Positions 1-12,864 of a DNA stretch of 64,000 bases are shown piece by piece. Below the pieces are notes generated by a model, which did no database searches, was not told where the DNA came from, and saw only the letters and a list, made by a program, of their open reading frames with translations. Origin of the DNA: Eledone cirrhosa (taxonomy: Eukaryota); assembly GCA_964016885.1 (NCBI GenBank), contig OZ024742.1, positions 303,242,001 through 303,306,000 of the forward strand, in the 5' to 3' direction. Within the stretch, counting starts at the first letter, position 1. Each line of letters begins with the position of its first letter. Both the position numbers and the translations under genes were made by a program.

Positions 1-438
1 TATGATGGCCATAGTTGAAATACCTATGAACATAATACGTATACCAACATTAAGGAATAATTTAACACTTGTAAAACAAAAATGATGCGTATTAGATTTC
101 AACGTAAGCTTTTAATATAATAGAGATTTGAAAGACATTGTTACAATTATATTTGAAAATATACTTATCTAAACGTATTAATGTGACACGTCAAATGTGC
201 TTAGTGTTAATTCTATCTTATATTTAATGTAGTTGCTTAGGTGTAAGTCAGCTCTGATCGGCAACACTTATGACTACTGAAACTTCTATGTTCAATCTCC
301 CTCTCTCTCTCTCCCACCCTCTCTCTCCCCCCTCTCTCTCTATATATATATATCTATCTCTATATCTATCTCTGTCTCTTTCTTTCCCTAACTTCATATA
401 TATAAACACACACACACCACACACATGCGCGCGCGCGT

Positions 439-516
<78 letters not shown>

Positions 517-735
517 GCATAATGATTTCATCTGAGCTCTGATTATTTCATACGAATGCAACAGTTCTAGTTAAGTAAAAGTCATTTCTTTATTTCTATA
601 TTATTCTCTATTCATTATAAACTAAATATGCTTCTTCTCTACTAACCTATTTGAATACCTTATTTAACTGTGATGTCACGTCCTCTTCGGAAAACCACCC
701 TTAAATATATATACCTATATATATATATATATATG

Positions 736-1190
736 CAGAGGTTATATTTAATTTGTTGGGATTCAACAGGCTTAAACATTTTTATAACTGATATAAAGCA
801 CTCAATAGTTTAGTGGAGTAAATACACAATATATTAATAAATAGAAACTATATTTATAAAACCATATTTATTTTATTATATATATTTCAAGGGCAACCAA
901 TACAAAGTTATGATTGAGTATGCAAATGAGTGTCCGAAATGAATTTCGAACACTCATTTGCATACTCAATCATAACTTTGTATTACCCTCAATACAATAT
1001 TATCTCCACTATCCAGGAACCTCTAACCGTTAAAGTTGTCTTTTTTCCGGGTATGTCAATATTTATTTATAAAACAAATCTGCATTTTATCTGATGAAAG
1101 CGCACCATAATTTGCCTTGGTTGCCCTTGAAATATATATAATAAAATAAATATGGTTTTATAAATATAGTTTCTATTTATTAATATATTG
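736..1190. mobile_element. Head-to-head (fold-back) PLE 3'-terminal fragment, family E, flanked by (TA)n
   Basis: About 830-900 is the reverse complement of about 1118-1190. The left arm (736-900, minus) matches the tail of the Hydra-like element at 32390-32540. An internal hairpin pairs 899-932 with 950-984. Confidence 0.75.
1084..1147 (+). ncRNA. Type I hammerhead ribozyme (family E)
   Basis: attttat-CTGATGA-AAG..CTT-GAAA-TATATA-TA-ataaaat. Stem I has 7 bp and stem III is palindromic (dimer-type). Confidence 0.75.
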
Positions 1191-1268
1191 TATATATATA
1201 TATGTGAAGTAATTCCATTGGAAAAGTCCAGGAAAAAAGAGTGCTCTATGTAGGCAACAGAGCTTAAT

Positions 1269-1342
<74 letters not shown>

Positions 1343-1347
<5 letters not shown>

Positions 1348-2051
1348 TGAAAAATAGAGGGAGAAACGGGACTGTCCATCATCAGTGATCTTCTGACTAT
1401 CATCGATATTTCTTCGCATTAAAGACCAGATACCTCAAAATCAGTGCGGGCAATAACTAAAATAAGTTATTGGGACAAAACGAATTGGGTGGAGAAAGAG
1501 GGACAGTAAACAAACAAAAGTAGTAATGCAATGTAAAGAGAGGAAATGAGTTCGACCAAATCAACGACGAGAAGACGGCAGACGCGTCCGAAACCTGCGA
1601 AATGTGAGCAAGAAAAGGATTTCACACAGGTCAGACGGGGTGAAGTGAGAGAGGAGGAGCACTCACTCTCTGCTGCACCCCCTGTCTAACTTCCTCCCGT
1701 CTGACCTGTGTGAAATCCTTTTCTTATTCACATTTCGCAGGGATCGGACGCGTCTGCCGTCTTCTCGTCGTTCATTTGGTCCAACTCATGTTCACACGTA
1801 TCATTGACTTGTCTCTCATTTTCTCTCTTTACGTTGTATTACTACTTTTGTTTGTTTATTGTCCCTCTTTCTCCACCCAATTCACTTTGTCCCAATAACT
1901 TATTTTAGTTATAGCTCGCACTGATTTTGAGGTATCTGGTCTTTAATGCGAAGAAATATCGATGATAGTCAGAAGATCACTGATGATGGACAGTCCCGTT
2001 TCTCGCTCTATTTTTCATTCATATATATCAGACTCGCAACAACGCAGCACG

Positions 2052-2060
<9 letters not shown>
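1343..2060. mobile_element. Head-to-head pair of non-coding family F repeat between (TA)n tracts
   Basis: 1343-1645 is an imperfect reverse complement of about 1690-2022. Homologous to 59341-59871 (shared blocks cttcctcccgtYtgacctgtgYgaaatc and gcaacaacgcagcacgc). Confidence 0.7.
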
Positions 2061-2090
<30 letters not shown>

Positions 2091-3049
2091 CATAATTAAA
2101 CATTACATGTATGAAAAAGAAGCTAAACAAATCCACAGAGTCGTTTCGATCGTGTTACCGATTAAACAATCTCACCTAGCAGGATATCATTAAGTATTTC
2201 CTATAGCAAGATATAGAATTTTTGGTATAAATATCTGCTGTCAAAATATAGCATAGAAGAAGAAAATGTTAAAAGATAATTCATAATTCATACGTTGTCT
2301 TGAGGAAAACGAACGTCAGAATTTTAAATGAAGATGCGATACTATATTACATTGAATATTACAAGAAGTGGTCTAACCTGCTGACTGGCGAATTATTTCT
2401 GAACAAAGTGAGATAGCATGTTAAACATGAAGTTGCAAGCAGAGGCATTTATAACTAATTTGAATGAGAAATGAACTTCAACTCACTGACATGTATGTAG
2501 TAATGTAGGCACTTGTCAAATCATAGGTATGCATTTCGAGTCTTCCGCTTTCACTTTGTGTATATCAAGATATAGTGTTCAGTATATACAACCACATAAA
2601 TACATACAGACATACACACATTTAAATATACACACACGTTACTTCAATATAAAATGAACTCAGACCGTTTCCAACCTCTCTTTCGACTGGTAACAAGCAA
2701 AAGACACACTTCGTTATATGCTGATTAAAACCTAAGAAAGGTAAACTAGACTTAACTATGTCAATATTTTCAACATTTACATCACAGAGAAGTTCGTCCA
2801 CCATGGACATTTGGGGGTTGACACTAATAAAAGGCAATATGCGAAGCAGTGACCTCACTGGCCGAAACCTTATTAAAATGTCATTGCAATTCTAACAGTC
2901 GAAAGGAAAGATTTCAAAAACTGTTCCTGATCAATTACATATCTATAAATGTGCATGTGTATTTTAATGATACATCTACATGTGATGCCACAATAGATGT
3001 TCTGCAGCCTATATGTATGCATCAACACGTAATTTCTGGTAGAGTTGTT

Positions 3050-4880
3050 GGCGCACTGTAGTGACATACTGCGTTTCTCGAAATCTCTCCCAGAGTAAGG
3101 AAAGAGAATGATAGATTGGAAGTCAGAAAGAGATATAGAGGAAGAACTGTAGAAAAGTCTTAAAAGCACAAAAGCACAAAAGTCTTTTTAACAACCTTCC
3201 TCAATAAATGCAGCTTTAGGTAGTCCTCCAGAAATTTAGTAGATGAAATTATAGTAACATACATACACATTTCAACAGTTGCGGCAGTTATCAATAACTG
3301 TTGTAGAATAAAAGATTTCTGGATCAAAATATATTGCTAGGCATATGCTATTTAACAATTGTAGTAACATTGGATACTACACCAAAGTATTTTGATCTGC
3401 ACAGTCTACAAATTCGGAAGTAATCATTATAGCTGCACATTCTGCTACCTACCTCATTTTACATCAACAGCTGCTATAGAATTATATCCAAGGCATAAGC
3501 AGATATAGGAAAATATATCCTAGGCACTAATGGATACAGAAAGCTCAGAAAACTACTTAAAAAAAAAAGAAATCATAATCAGACACAAAGATATATCCAG
3601 TTACCTCTTTTACTTCAAATCTTATTAGAAAGTGTAAAGCCAGTGTGGAATGTTCAAATGATTATCATAAATGTGTGAAATCCTGTTGCAGATCTTTGAT
3701 ACCATGTCAACCTAGGACAAAATAGTCTCAAAGAATATTTTTTGTTGTGATTCAATTTGGTGGGACTATTTATGGCTCCGGTCTTATTATTTCTTCTGTC
3801 CCAACTTCTCTCTTTACTAATCATACTATGGTTTTTGCTTTACTTTCTTCTTTGTTTAATAATCCTGCTACTGATTGCAAACACAGCTAAACAGTGTTAT
3901 TTTGATGATTAGAATCTACACAGTTTGAAACAACAAGGTTGCTGCTAAAGCTGGTTATTATTGAAGAGAATAAATCTACATGAAGGGTTCAGGTGTTGAG
4001 GACATCTGGCGATAATTATAAGAAATGTCTGGGTTGGATATTTTCAAATAAATTCCTATACCGTTAATAGATGCTTATTCTCTACTAAATATTGATCAGA
4101 TGGTTGAGGATATGGCTCAATATAATGTCTACAGTACACTTAGCCTACGACGTGGTTAACACGTAGGGCAGCCAAAAGAAGAAGAGTAACCGTACACTGT
4201 ATTTGAGGCTGATCATCACTTGTACCAATTTCAATGAATTCTATTTGCAATCATAAGCTGCGTCGTTAGCTTTCAGTGTATAAGTAATGACATTATTGAA
4301 AAATAACTTCCAGCCACCTTTGCAAATATCAGTAATTGTTTGCGTTTATAATCAGAGTGATCATGGTCATAACTTAAAGAAATTCTTAGATGTAGTGAAT
4401 AAGTAAAACCCTACTTTAAACAAAGGAAAGTCCACTCCCTTCCTAAAGCTAATCATCTAGTTGACTACACGCTGGATTTCAGTATCAGAACTACACAATA
4501 AAATCACAAGGAAACGAACAATCAGAACGATACCATAGAATCATTTGAAGAACGATATAATTGGTCTTGAGCAGTTTAGAATGGGAAATAGTTCTTGACG
4601 ATTCACTGCACTGAATTCGTTCACTACTCTCATTTTCAACAAATTGCACTCAAGGTGAATGTAGTTAGGTCTATCAGAACAAATATCCTAAGCAGGTCGT
4701 CTACTCTTTCATAGCTGCCATTTCTGTCTAGCAATATGTTCTTGAAGAATCAGAACCACCAAAGTAAATATGGCGCTTTAACGGAGGAAGTGGAACTGTT
4801 GAATCTGACACCTCAGTTTGTGTTAATCAGGCTCTCTGGAGGTCAAGACTCTATTCGGGTAATGTCTCATCAAAACTAGT
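3050..4880 (+). mobile_element. Highly decayed Ty3/Gypsy LTR-retrotransposon pol remnant (RT and integrase C-terminal region)
   Basis: Frameshifted translation gives DAYSLLNIDQMVEDMAQYNVYSTLSLRRG..PYTVFEADHHLYQF..DHGHNLKKFL..TLNK (Gypsy RT) and WEIVLDDSLH*IRSLL..EEVELL (integrase tail). Many stops; boundaries approximate. Confidence 0.7.
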
Positions 4881-5705
4881 ATCTAAATTAGTCTTATCAC
4901 AACGCTGCTTGCTGATTCAGCATAATGAACCTGTTAATGACATATGCATCTAAAGAAACTTCAGTCACTTATAGGTTACTTCCACGAATAACTGAATTGT
5001 CATTGTCTAGGCCTACGTAGGATAGAGAAAGTTGAAGAAACTGTGATGGCTTCTTATATTTAATTTATTGAAAACAAGGGAACGTGGTTTCTGAGTGTCT
5101 ATTCTTCACTGCTTGAGGCATCATGTTGATGAAAGACCAATACGGCGGAAGCTAATTCATGATGTATGCATCGATATTGAAAACCAGAAGACAAGAAGAA
5201 GAAAAGGGAGACACGACACAATAACAGACCATATCGACTAATAAAATGAACAGACTCCGTCATGCTATTAATACAGAGATTCTTTTGTATATATGTATAT
5301 GTGTATATATATATGACTAAATGGAATGACTGCTTGCATATTCGGCTGAAACTGATCTTGTGAATTGTTGTTTGCCCGTATCGGGACTCAGAGAAGTGGT
5401 ATTCTAGTGAATATTCAGTACAATAAGATTCTGTTTTGTGATATTCGTCACAGATGTACAGCAATCAGCGTGACTACTGTGATGATGCAAATGATAATGG
5501 CATTAATTATAATGGTGATAAATTGATCTTATAAGATGGGTAGTGTTTCTATTAGAGATGTTGATCGAGCTGAAGAAGGTCGATACACAAACAATTTCAA
5601 TTACAAAAACTAATTTCTCATTTCAAATATCTTCATCACGGAAATTGATGATAATTCTGACAGGATTACTGCGAAATTATGATAGACAGATGTACGGAGA
5701 GTCGT

Positions 5706-5807
5706 ACGTACGTACGTACGTATGTATGTATGTATGTATGTATGTATGTATGTATGTATGTATGTATGTATGTATGTATGTATGTATGTATGTATGTATG
5801 TATGTAT
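5706..5807. repeat. (TATG)n microsatellite
   Basis: Direct reading. Confidence 0.95.
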
Positions 5808-6460
5808 GACACCTTAACCTTTGTCAAGGCAGAATTCTAGGAGAAGGAAAACTCTGATATAACACCTGCAACCCTGATGGTATCCAATGATGTTGACTTG
5901 TTCTTCCTTTTGGTAAATATCATCTTGGTTAAGAGAGTGGGACTGGCTTTGTGCAGTGCCTTTGCTCACTATAAAAGCTTCACGGCACAGGAATTGATTT
6001 ATATCTGGAGATCTCTCTGCACTTGTCGTCACATGGTACCATGGGCCCAGCACTATGTGTCAATATTTGTCACAAGTGTAGTGTTTGTACCAGAGTTTTC
6101 AAGTCGCTGGCTGGACTAAAAAGTCACATTCGTTCAGCGCATCGGTAGGGGTTCTCCTACATGGATATAAAGTAGTGGCCGTACTCGAAAACGAGTTGGC
6201 AGCCACCATGTCTGTATATATATATGGATGTATGTATGTGGCAAGGAATGTGCTAGCATGGGAGGTCTTAAAAGACACATGAGGACACACAGCCAGATCA
6301 AAGCAATAGAAAGTCCCGAAGAAGCCTACAGTTGCTATATATGTGCCAGAGGGTTCAAAGAGCCACATTTGTGCCTCACATCATTGAGCATTTTATCATG
6401 CGATGGCAGTACTCGAACACGAATTTTCAGCCATCATCATGTATGTATGTATGTATGTAT
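5808..6460 (+). mobile_element. Non-autonomous RTE-like element with C2H2 zinc-finger remnant and (TATG)n tail
   Basis: 5810-6209 matches 35610-36003. Encodes VCGKECASMGGLKRHMRTH and CYICARGFK. The 3' end gcgatggc..ctcga..cagccatcatcatgtatg resembles RTE 3' termini and the minus copy at 44585. Confidence 0.65.
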
Positions 6461-7884
6461 GTTTTTATCTATACATACATGCATATATATATATATATAT
6501 ATGTGTGTGTATGTGTGGTTAACTGGTGAGTCTTATTCTTCTTAGGCTTCACATCGGTACGCTGTGAATAATCAAACTGTGACAGTACAGGTCAAACTCA
6601 AGAGTAACTAGTCTCAAAACTAACGGATGTATATATATATAATGAACAAACAGGAAAGCAGCGCTATATGATACACACGGATAAAACCTCTCGTAGTCAT
6701 AACTCCTATACTAACATACTAACAACCATTTGTGGCGCTTCCCCCCTATTGGGGATTTCGATTGTTATAATTGTTTGTTTCAATATTTTTACACGACTGT
6801 ATGTAAAATCCCCGGCATGTGTCGTTGTATTGTCGCCTTTTCTTATGCGACCTTGTGGCAAATAAAGAAATAAATCATGATAGATATGAAGGTTTCAGCA
6901 CAATTATGGCATATAAATTTAGTCATCTGTTCTATTAGATTTAGCTGTACACCTTAACTCGTGTATTCAAACAACGGGGTACAAATTGTATTCTCGTATT
7001 CCTTAATGTAGGAGTTCACCTGTTGAGGTTACACTGTATTACCATACGAAACGTATGTTAGAAATTCAATTACAGCGGTATGGAATGCTTTTCATTGTTG
7101 TTCAATGCCTACGGAGAACCACCGGGAGACATCCCGCTTTCTTGTATTTTTTAACCTCATTGTTGATGTAATTTATTATTCCTCAATAGACCCAGTATCT
7201 ATCTCAATTAAAGCGAGGGTCAATTCTTATTGTATAATGTCAATTTGATGATATAACAAACCGATTTATATATTACTAAAAATCAATATATATTACAGCA
7301 ATTGTTATATACTGGCATATTTGATAGGAAGCTATTTTAAAAACTGACGTACTAAATACCGACGAGAAATCAAATATCTGGGGGAGAAATGTAGCTGTAC
7401 ATTTTCCATAGACTCTGAGAGAATGAAGCTCATAACTGTTAGACAAACACATTCTGGAAAGGAATATGTATAGGGACTTAAAGAAACACAAAGATAATAA
7501 GTCATGTAAAATTCTGTTCATCACTTTCTGGGAGATATCTCTTATTTGATAAACTTTACCATTATTCGTTACCGTTATTCCACTTGCATGGTGAGACCTA
7601 AAACTGAAGCTTAATTGATAACTTCTTCACATTTTTAGCCACGAAGTACTCTCCTGGTTGAAATAGCACCGAGTTAAATATTATGAGGAGTGAATAATAA
7701 TTTTTCAATATATCCTAAATTGAATTACCGCATAGTTGGACAGATAGTAAAATCTAATATGATTTCTTAACATCTTCTGATGTGAAGGCTTTGTACAATG
7801 ATTTCATCAAATAATGCTCGGATATTTTTATCAAAATATATATCGAGCGAATGTTCGACATTTAATAAATTTGCATATATATAT

Positions 7885-7945
<61 letters not shown>

Positions 7946-8338
7946 ATCATTTTATTGAATAAATTGTAAATAAACAAAACTGATTTTATTATGATAAACA
8001 AAATGATATATTCAGAACTATAAATGAAGAAAGACCCCACATACACACACAGGTCAGCCTGCAAAGTTAATACCCATATCTCCATATATAAATGTAGATA
8101 TACATACACATGAATATATAAACACCGACACACATATACTTTTATATATATATATATATATATATACCAAAAGAGAAAATAGATTTGAAGTCACATTCAT
8201 AATGAACAGAACTACTGTACTCTTTAATATATAATTAGTATCTATACATAAATCTATGGATGAAACCACTGAGAACAACAGACCGTAATATTTCGCATCT
8301 TATAGTTTAGATATTGCAGGGATGCCTATTCTAATTGC

Positions 8339-8393
<55 letters not shown>

Positions 8394-8430
8394 CACACAC
8401 ATATATATATATATATAATTTGTATAAACA

Positions 8431-8616
8431 AAGAAAGTGTGGTAAGAAACCAGGTGGACCATAACGCACCAGAGTACTCGATACTTTGGGTAGTAGAGTG
8501 GGAAAAGAGCCAGGATCCCGACGGCCGTTTCGACAGCTAAGCTAGATCCGAACTAACTTAGTTCGGATCTAGCAGTCGAAACGGCCGGAGCTCTGCCGTC
8601 TGGGTCCTTACTGTTC
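8431..8616. mobile_element. Family D fold-back palindrome (hammerhead 3' half plus tail)
   Basis: Pivot ctagatccgaactaa-c-ttagttcggatctag. The right arm reads GAAA-CGGC..GCCG-TC. Homologous to 33680-33950 and 38751-38955. Confidence 0.7.
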
Positions 8617-8805
8617 ATATATATATATATATATATATACGTATATGTATACATATCAATATGGAGGTGACGGCTAGGAGGAATTAGTACTCAATACCGA
8701 AGTAGCCATTAAATATTTATATTATTAATTTCCTGTCTGATTTTCCCTAGAATAAACTCGCGAAACACCAGATTAACAAAGCTCTCTATTTAGCCTTAAT
8801 AAAAT

Positions 8806-8876
<71 letters not shown>

Positions 8877-8978
8877 CTTATATATGTATATAATAGTAGA
8901 ACACTCAGTAGTGGTAGAGCACTCAGTCCGTTGGACGAGTTTGGTAGAAGTAGTCCCACAACAGTTAGTTCATCATAC

Positions 8979-9017
8979 CCAGAACAAATGTTTCACCTTA
9001 TTCGGATCATCAGCTCG
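8979..9017 (-). ncRNA. Minimal type I hammerhead inside a fold-back palindrome (8948-9080)
   Basis: Minus strand: cgag-CTGATGA-T-CC-gaataa-GG-T-GAAA-CA-tt-TG-TT-ctgg. Confidence 0.6.
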
Positions 9018-9081
9018 AGGATCCGAATAAGGTGAAACATTTCTTCTCGGTATGATGAACTAACTGTTGTGGGACTACTTT

Positions 9082-9396
<315 letters not shown>

Positions 9397-9542
9397 ATAC
9401 TTTGGGAGGGTCATGTTGCCAATAAGAAACACACGCACCAATTGCTTTCACTTCAATTTATTATAATAAATTTATAAATTTAGGAATTTATAAATTTCTG
9501 GTTGGTTGGTTGGTTCCACAACCAGATAATTCTTTATATATT

Positions 9543-9585
9543 GTCAAAGTTCTTTCGTCACACATTCTGTGACCCTCTTCAGTGA
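9543..9585 (-). ncRNA. Type I hammerhead (PLE family A)
   Basis: gtca-CTGAAGA-gg-GTCACA-gaatg-TGTGAC-GAAA-GAAC-TT-tgac. Confidence 0.65.
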
Positions 9586-11012
9586 CTGGGGATTCTTTTC
9601 TTTGTTTTTGTGCCTCTCCTTTGTTCTGTCCTACGCCATCTTGTTTTTGTGTGTGTGTTGTGTGCTTAGTTTGCGCATGTGTTACATCCGGGTGTCTGTG
9701 TGTGTTTATATTCGTTTATTTATTTGTTTATTTACATGTTACTGGTTGCTTGTTTGTTCTATGTGCGTGTGTGTTTTCATTTTGTCCTTAATTGTAAGTT
9801 GTGATGTTGCTGTTCCACTCATGTTTTCTATTTAATTTTGGTTGGAGTTCATTTATGTTTATTGCCTCTGTGATTTGTCTAAACATTGCGTCTTTTCTGT
9901 GTGTAGATTCTATTTTTATTTCTATGTTCTCTAATTTACCCTTATGTTCTATTTTAGCATGTTGGTAGAGTACAGATGATTCTTTACTATCTTGAAGGTC
10001 TCGCCAGTGTTCATTTATCCGTTCCCCTATACTACGAGCTGTCTCGCCTATGTACACTATATTTTTATCTCTACATTGTCCTTCAGTACATCTTATGCTA
10101 TATACTACAATTTGCTCCTCTACAAGGGGCAGGTCCTATTTGTGTCGTTATTTTCCATTTTTTTCCATTTGGTTCTGGCTCCTCAATAGAGGAGCCAGAA
10201 CCAAATGTATTGGAGCAAATTTTGGAATAGAATAGAAAGAACTAGGAATAAGGCTAATAGAATAAACTCATGGTATGATAGCAATAAATACCAGAGTGTA
10301 ATGTTCATCGATACAACCCCTAGAGGTGAATTAGCTTACAAATTTAGAAGGGCCCTAGATAAACATAAACTCAATATTAAGATAGTAGAAAGACTAGGTA
10401 CCTCCATAAAAACACTTATTAGCAATACATACCCTTTTCAAAGACCTCCCTGTATAGATAAGAAATGTATAATCTGTAAATTAAGCCCCCATATTAACTG
10501 TAAAACTAGAAATGTAGTATATAGCATAAGATGTACTGAAGGACAATGTAGAGACAAAAATATAGTGTATATAGGTGAGACAGCTCGTAGTGTAGGGGAA
10601 CGGATAAATGAACACTGGCGAGACCTTCAAGATAGTAAAGAATCATCTGTCTTTACCAACATTCTAAAATAGAACATAAGGGTAAATTTGAGAACATAGA
10701 AATAAAAATAGAATCTACACACAGAAAAGACGCAATGTTTAGACAAATCACAGAGGCAATAAACATAAATGAACTCCAACCAAAATTAAATAGAAAACAT
10801 GAGTGGAACAGCAACATCACAACTTACAATTAAGGACATAGAACAAACAACCAACCAGTAACATGTAAATAAACAAATAAATAAACGAATATAAACACAC
10901 ACAGACACCCGGATGTAACACATGCGCAAACTAAGCACACAACACACACACAAAAACAAGATGGCGTAGGACAGAACAAAGGAGAGGCACAAAAACAAAG
11001 AAAAGAATCCCC

Positions 11013-11056
11013 AGTCACTGAAGAGATCACAGAATGTGTGACGAAAGAACTTTGAC
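11013..11056 (+). ncRNA. Type I hammerhead (PLE family A)
   Basis: gtca-CTGAAGA-GaTCACA-gaatg-TGTGAC-GAAA-GAAC-TT-tgac. Confidence 0.65.
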
Positions 11057-11247
11057 AATCATCTGGTTGTGGAACCAACCAACCAGAAATTTATAAATTC
11101 CTAAATTTATAAATTTATTATAATAAATTGAAGTGAAAGCAACTGGTGCGTGTGTTTCTTATGGGCAACATGACCCTCCCAAAGTATAACAATATCGGTT
11201 TCAACACACGTTTGCAGATAAAGAATCTTGCTAAACAAATTCAGAAA

Positions 11248-11331
<84 letters not shown>

Positions 11332-11684
11332 GTGTTTGTGTGTGCGTGTGTGTGTGTGTTGATTCGCAGAAAGGTTAGCTGGTTACGTCCTAGAACAAGA
11401 CAATTTATTTCACATTTATTTCACTTATCTCTCAAGAATAAGTAGCGAGAACCCCGGTGTCAATGTCTTTCACGTATACTCTTGTTGAGAAGAGAGGCTA
11501 GCCTGATGTAGCATACCTATTACCAAAGTGTTCCATTCATGATCATTCTTATTTACAGAAAATGTATTCACAACGACATAACATATTTTATAATGATATC
11601 TGTATTATTTCTTATTTGTAGCTACGTGGGTGTGCGCAATCTCTATACTTCTAACTGCTACCGCTTCTAAATTATTATTTAGCC

Positions 11685-11732
<48 letters not shown>

Positions 11733-12444
11733 ACAATTTTGATATGTACATATGTTGTCTCACTGTGTAAATATATTGTCCGCATCAATTTGAGAAGTCT
11801 AGGCAACTGAGATTTCGCGTCGTGTGACTAGGTTCCTATTTTGTTAGTAAATTACAAACTTCAAGGCAGGTTGTCAACGGATTTTGTTTACGCTAATAAT
11901 ACCTGATTTAATTTCTCTTCTTGTTTAAGCTTTTGTCTACGTAAACTCGATCTATGCGTTGCAAGGTACGTGATCCCAGGTTATCTTTAAGAAATAAAAG
12001 ACTAGTTAGAGCCTTTAAAAGAAATATTCATTCTTGGACTTGCAATGTTTATCATATACTATACCACCGGTGACCCGTTGGATCATTTATAAATATTTTG
12101 TAAAATCATGTTCAATTAAAAATAATTTTTAAATAATTAAAATATATACAGACATGTACATAACGTAACATGAAATTTTCATTCTACTCTCTCACAACCA
12201 CTATCACTTGCTCTCTATATTTCTCTCTCTCTATTTATGAAGGTAGCCGTAAAAAACCCATATCTCGGGATCCATGCTCCAATTTACGCGAAACTTGTTT
12301 TATTCCATTTGTATTCCCATTTCAGGGGCAACTTACTTTCAAAATATTTTCCCATTATGCGCCGTTTTGGCTGTATTAAATAACAGCCAAGCACACAATC
12401 ACAGAGTTTTAGTAGTATATAGCTAGATTGGTGGTTACGCCAGT

Positions 12445-12659
12445 GGATACGCAGTAATGGTAGAGCGTCGGAAAATATGTTTATGGCATATAATCACGTC
12501 CCTTTAAGTTCTGAATTCAAATCCTGCCAATGATAGCTTTTCCTTTCATCCTTACGGCGTCGATGAAATAAAGTACCAGTAACGCACTGGGCTCAATTTT
12601 AATCGACTTCCCCTACGCCGAAAAGAATTGTTGGCCTTGTTCCTAAATCTGAAATCATT
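12445..12659 (+). mobile_element. tRNA-derived SINE (Nin/Deu-like central domain), diverged copy
   Basis: B-box-like gaattcaaatcc; central cctttcatccttacggcgtcgatgaaataaagtaccag. Confidence 0.7.
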
Positions 12660-12676
12660 ATATATCTATAGATAGT

Positions 12677-12864
12677 GGGTGAATTGGCAGCATCGGTAGA
12701 GGGTCGGACGCCATGCTTTGACGCATAGAGTTACGGCTCTTGCCATTCTGAGTTCAAATCCCGCCGAGGTTAACTTTGCCTTTCATCCTTACGGGGTCGA
12801 TAAAATAAAGTACCAGTAATGTACTGGGTAATTGCTGGCCTTGTGCTAATAGTAGAAACAATTA
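12677..12864 (+). mobile_element. tRNA-derived SINE (Nin/Deu-like central domain)
   Basis: A-box tggcagcatcgg, B-box gagttcaaatcc, central gcctttcatccttacggggtcgataaaataaagtaccag. At least nine related copies in the window. Confidence 0.8.

Larger units (their letters stand above)
9391..11250. mobile_element. Penelope-like element family A, 5'-truncated head-to-head pair (minus arm 9391-10190, plus arm 10190-11250), GIY-YIG region
   Basis: ORFs 9788-10057(-) and 10205-10672(+) carry NVVYSIRC..YIGETARS..ERINEH and are close to 52283-55967. Both ends abut (TA)n. Confidence 0.9.

Noticed and set aside
12677-12770. tRNA gene
   Set aside because: A and B boxes are present but there is no cloverleaf, and the sequence continues into a multi-copy SINE body.
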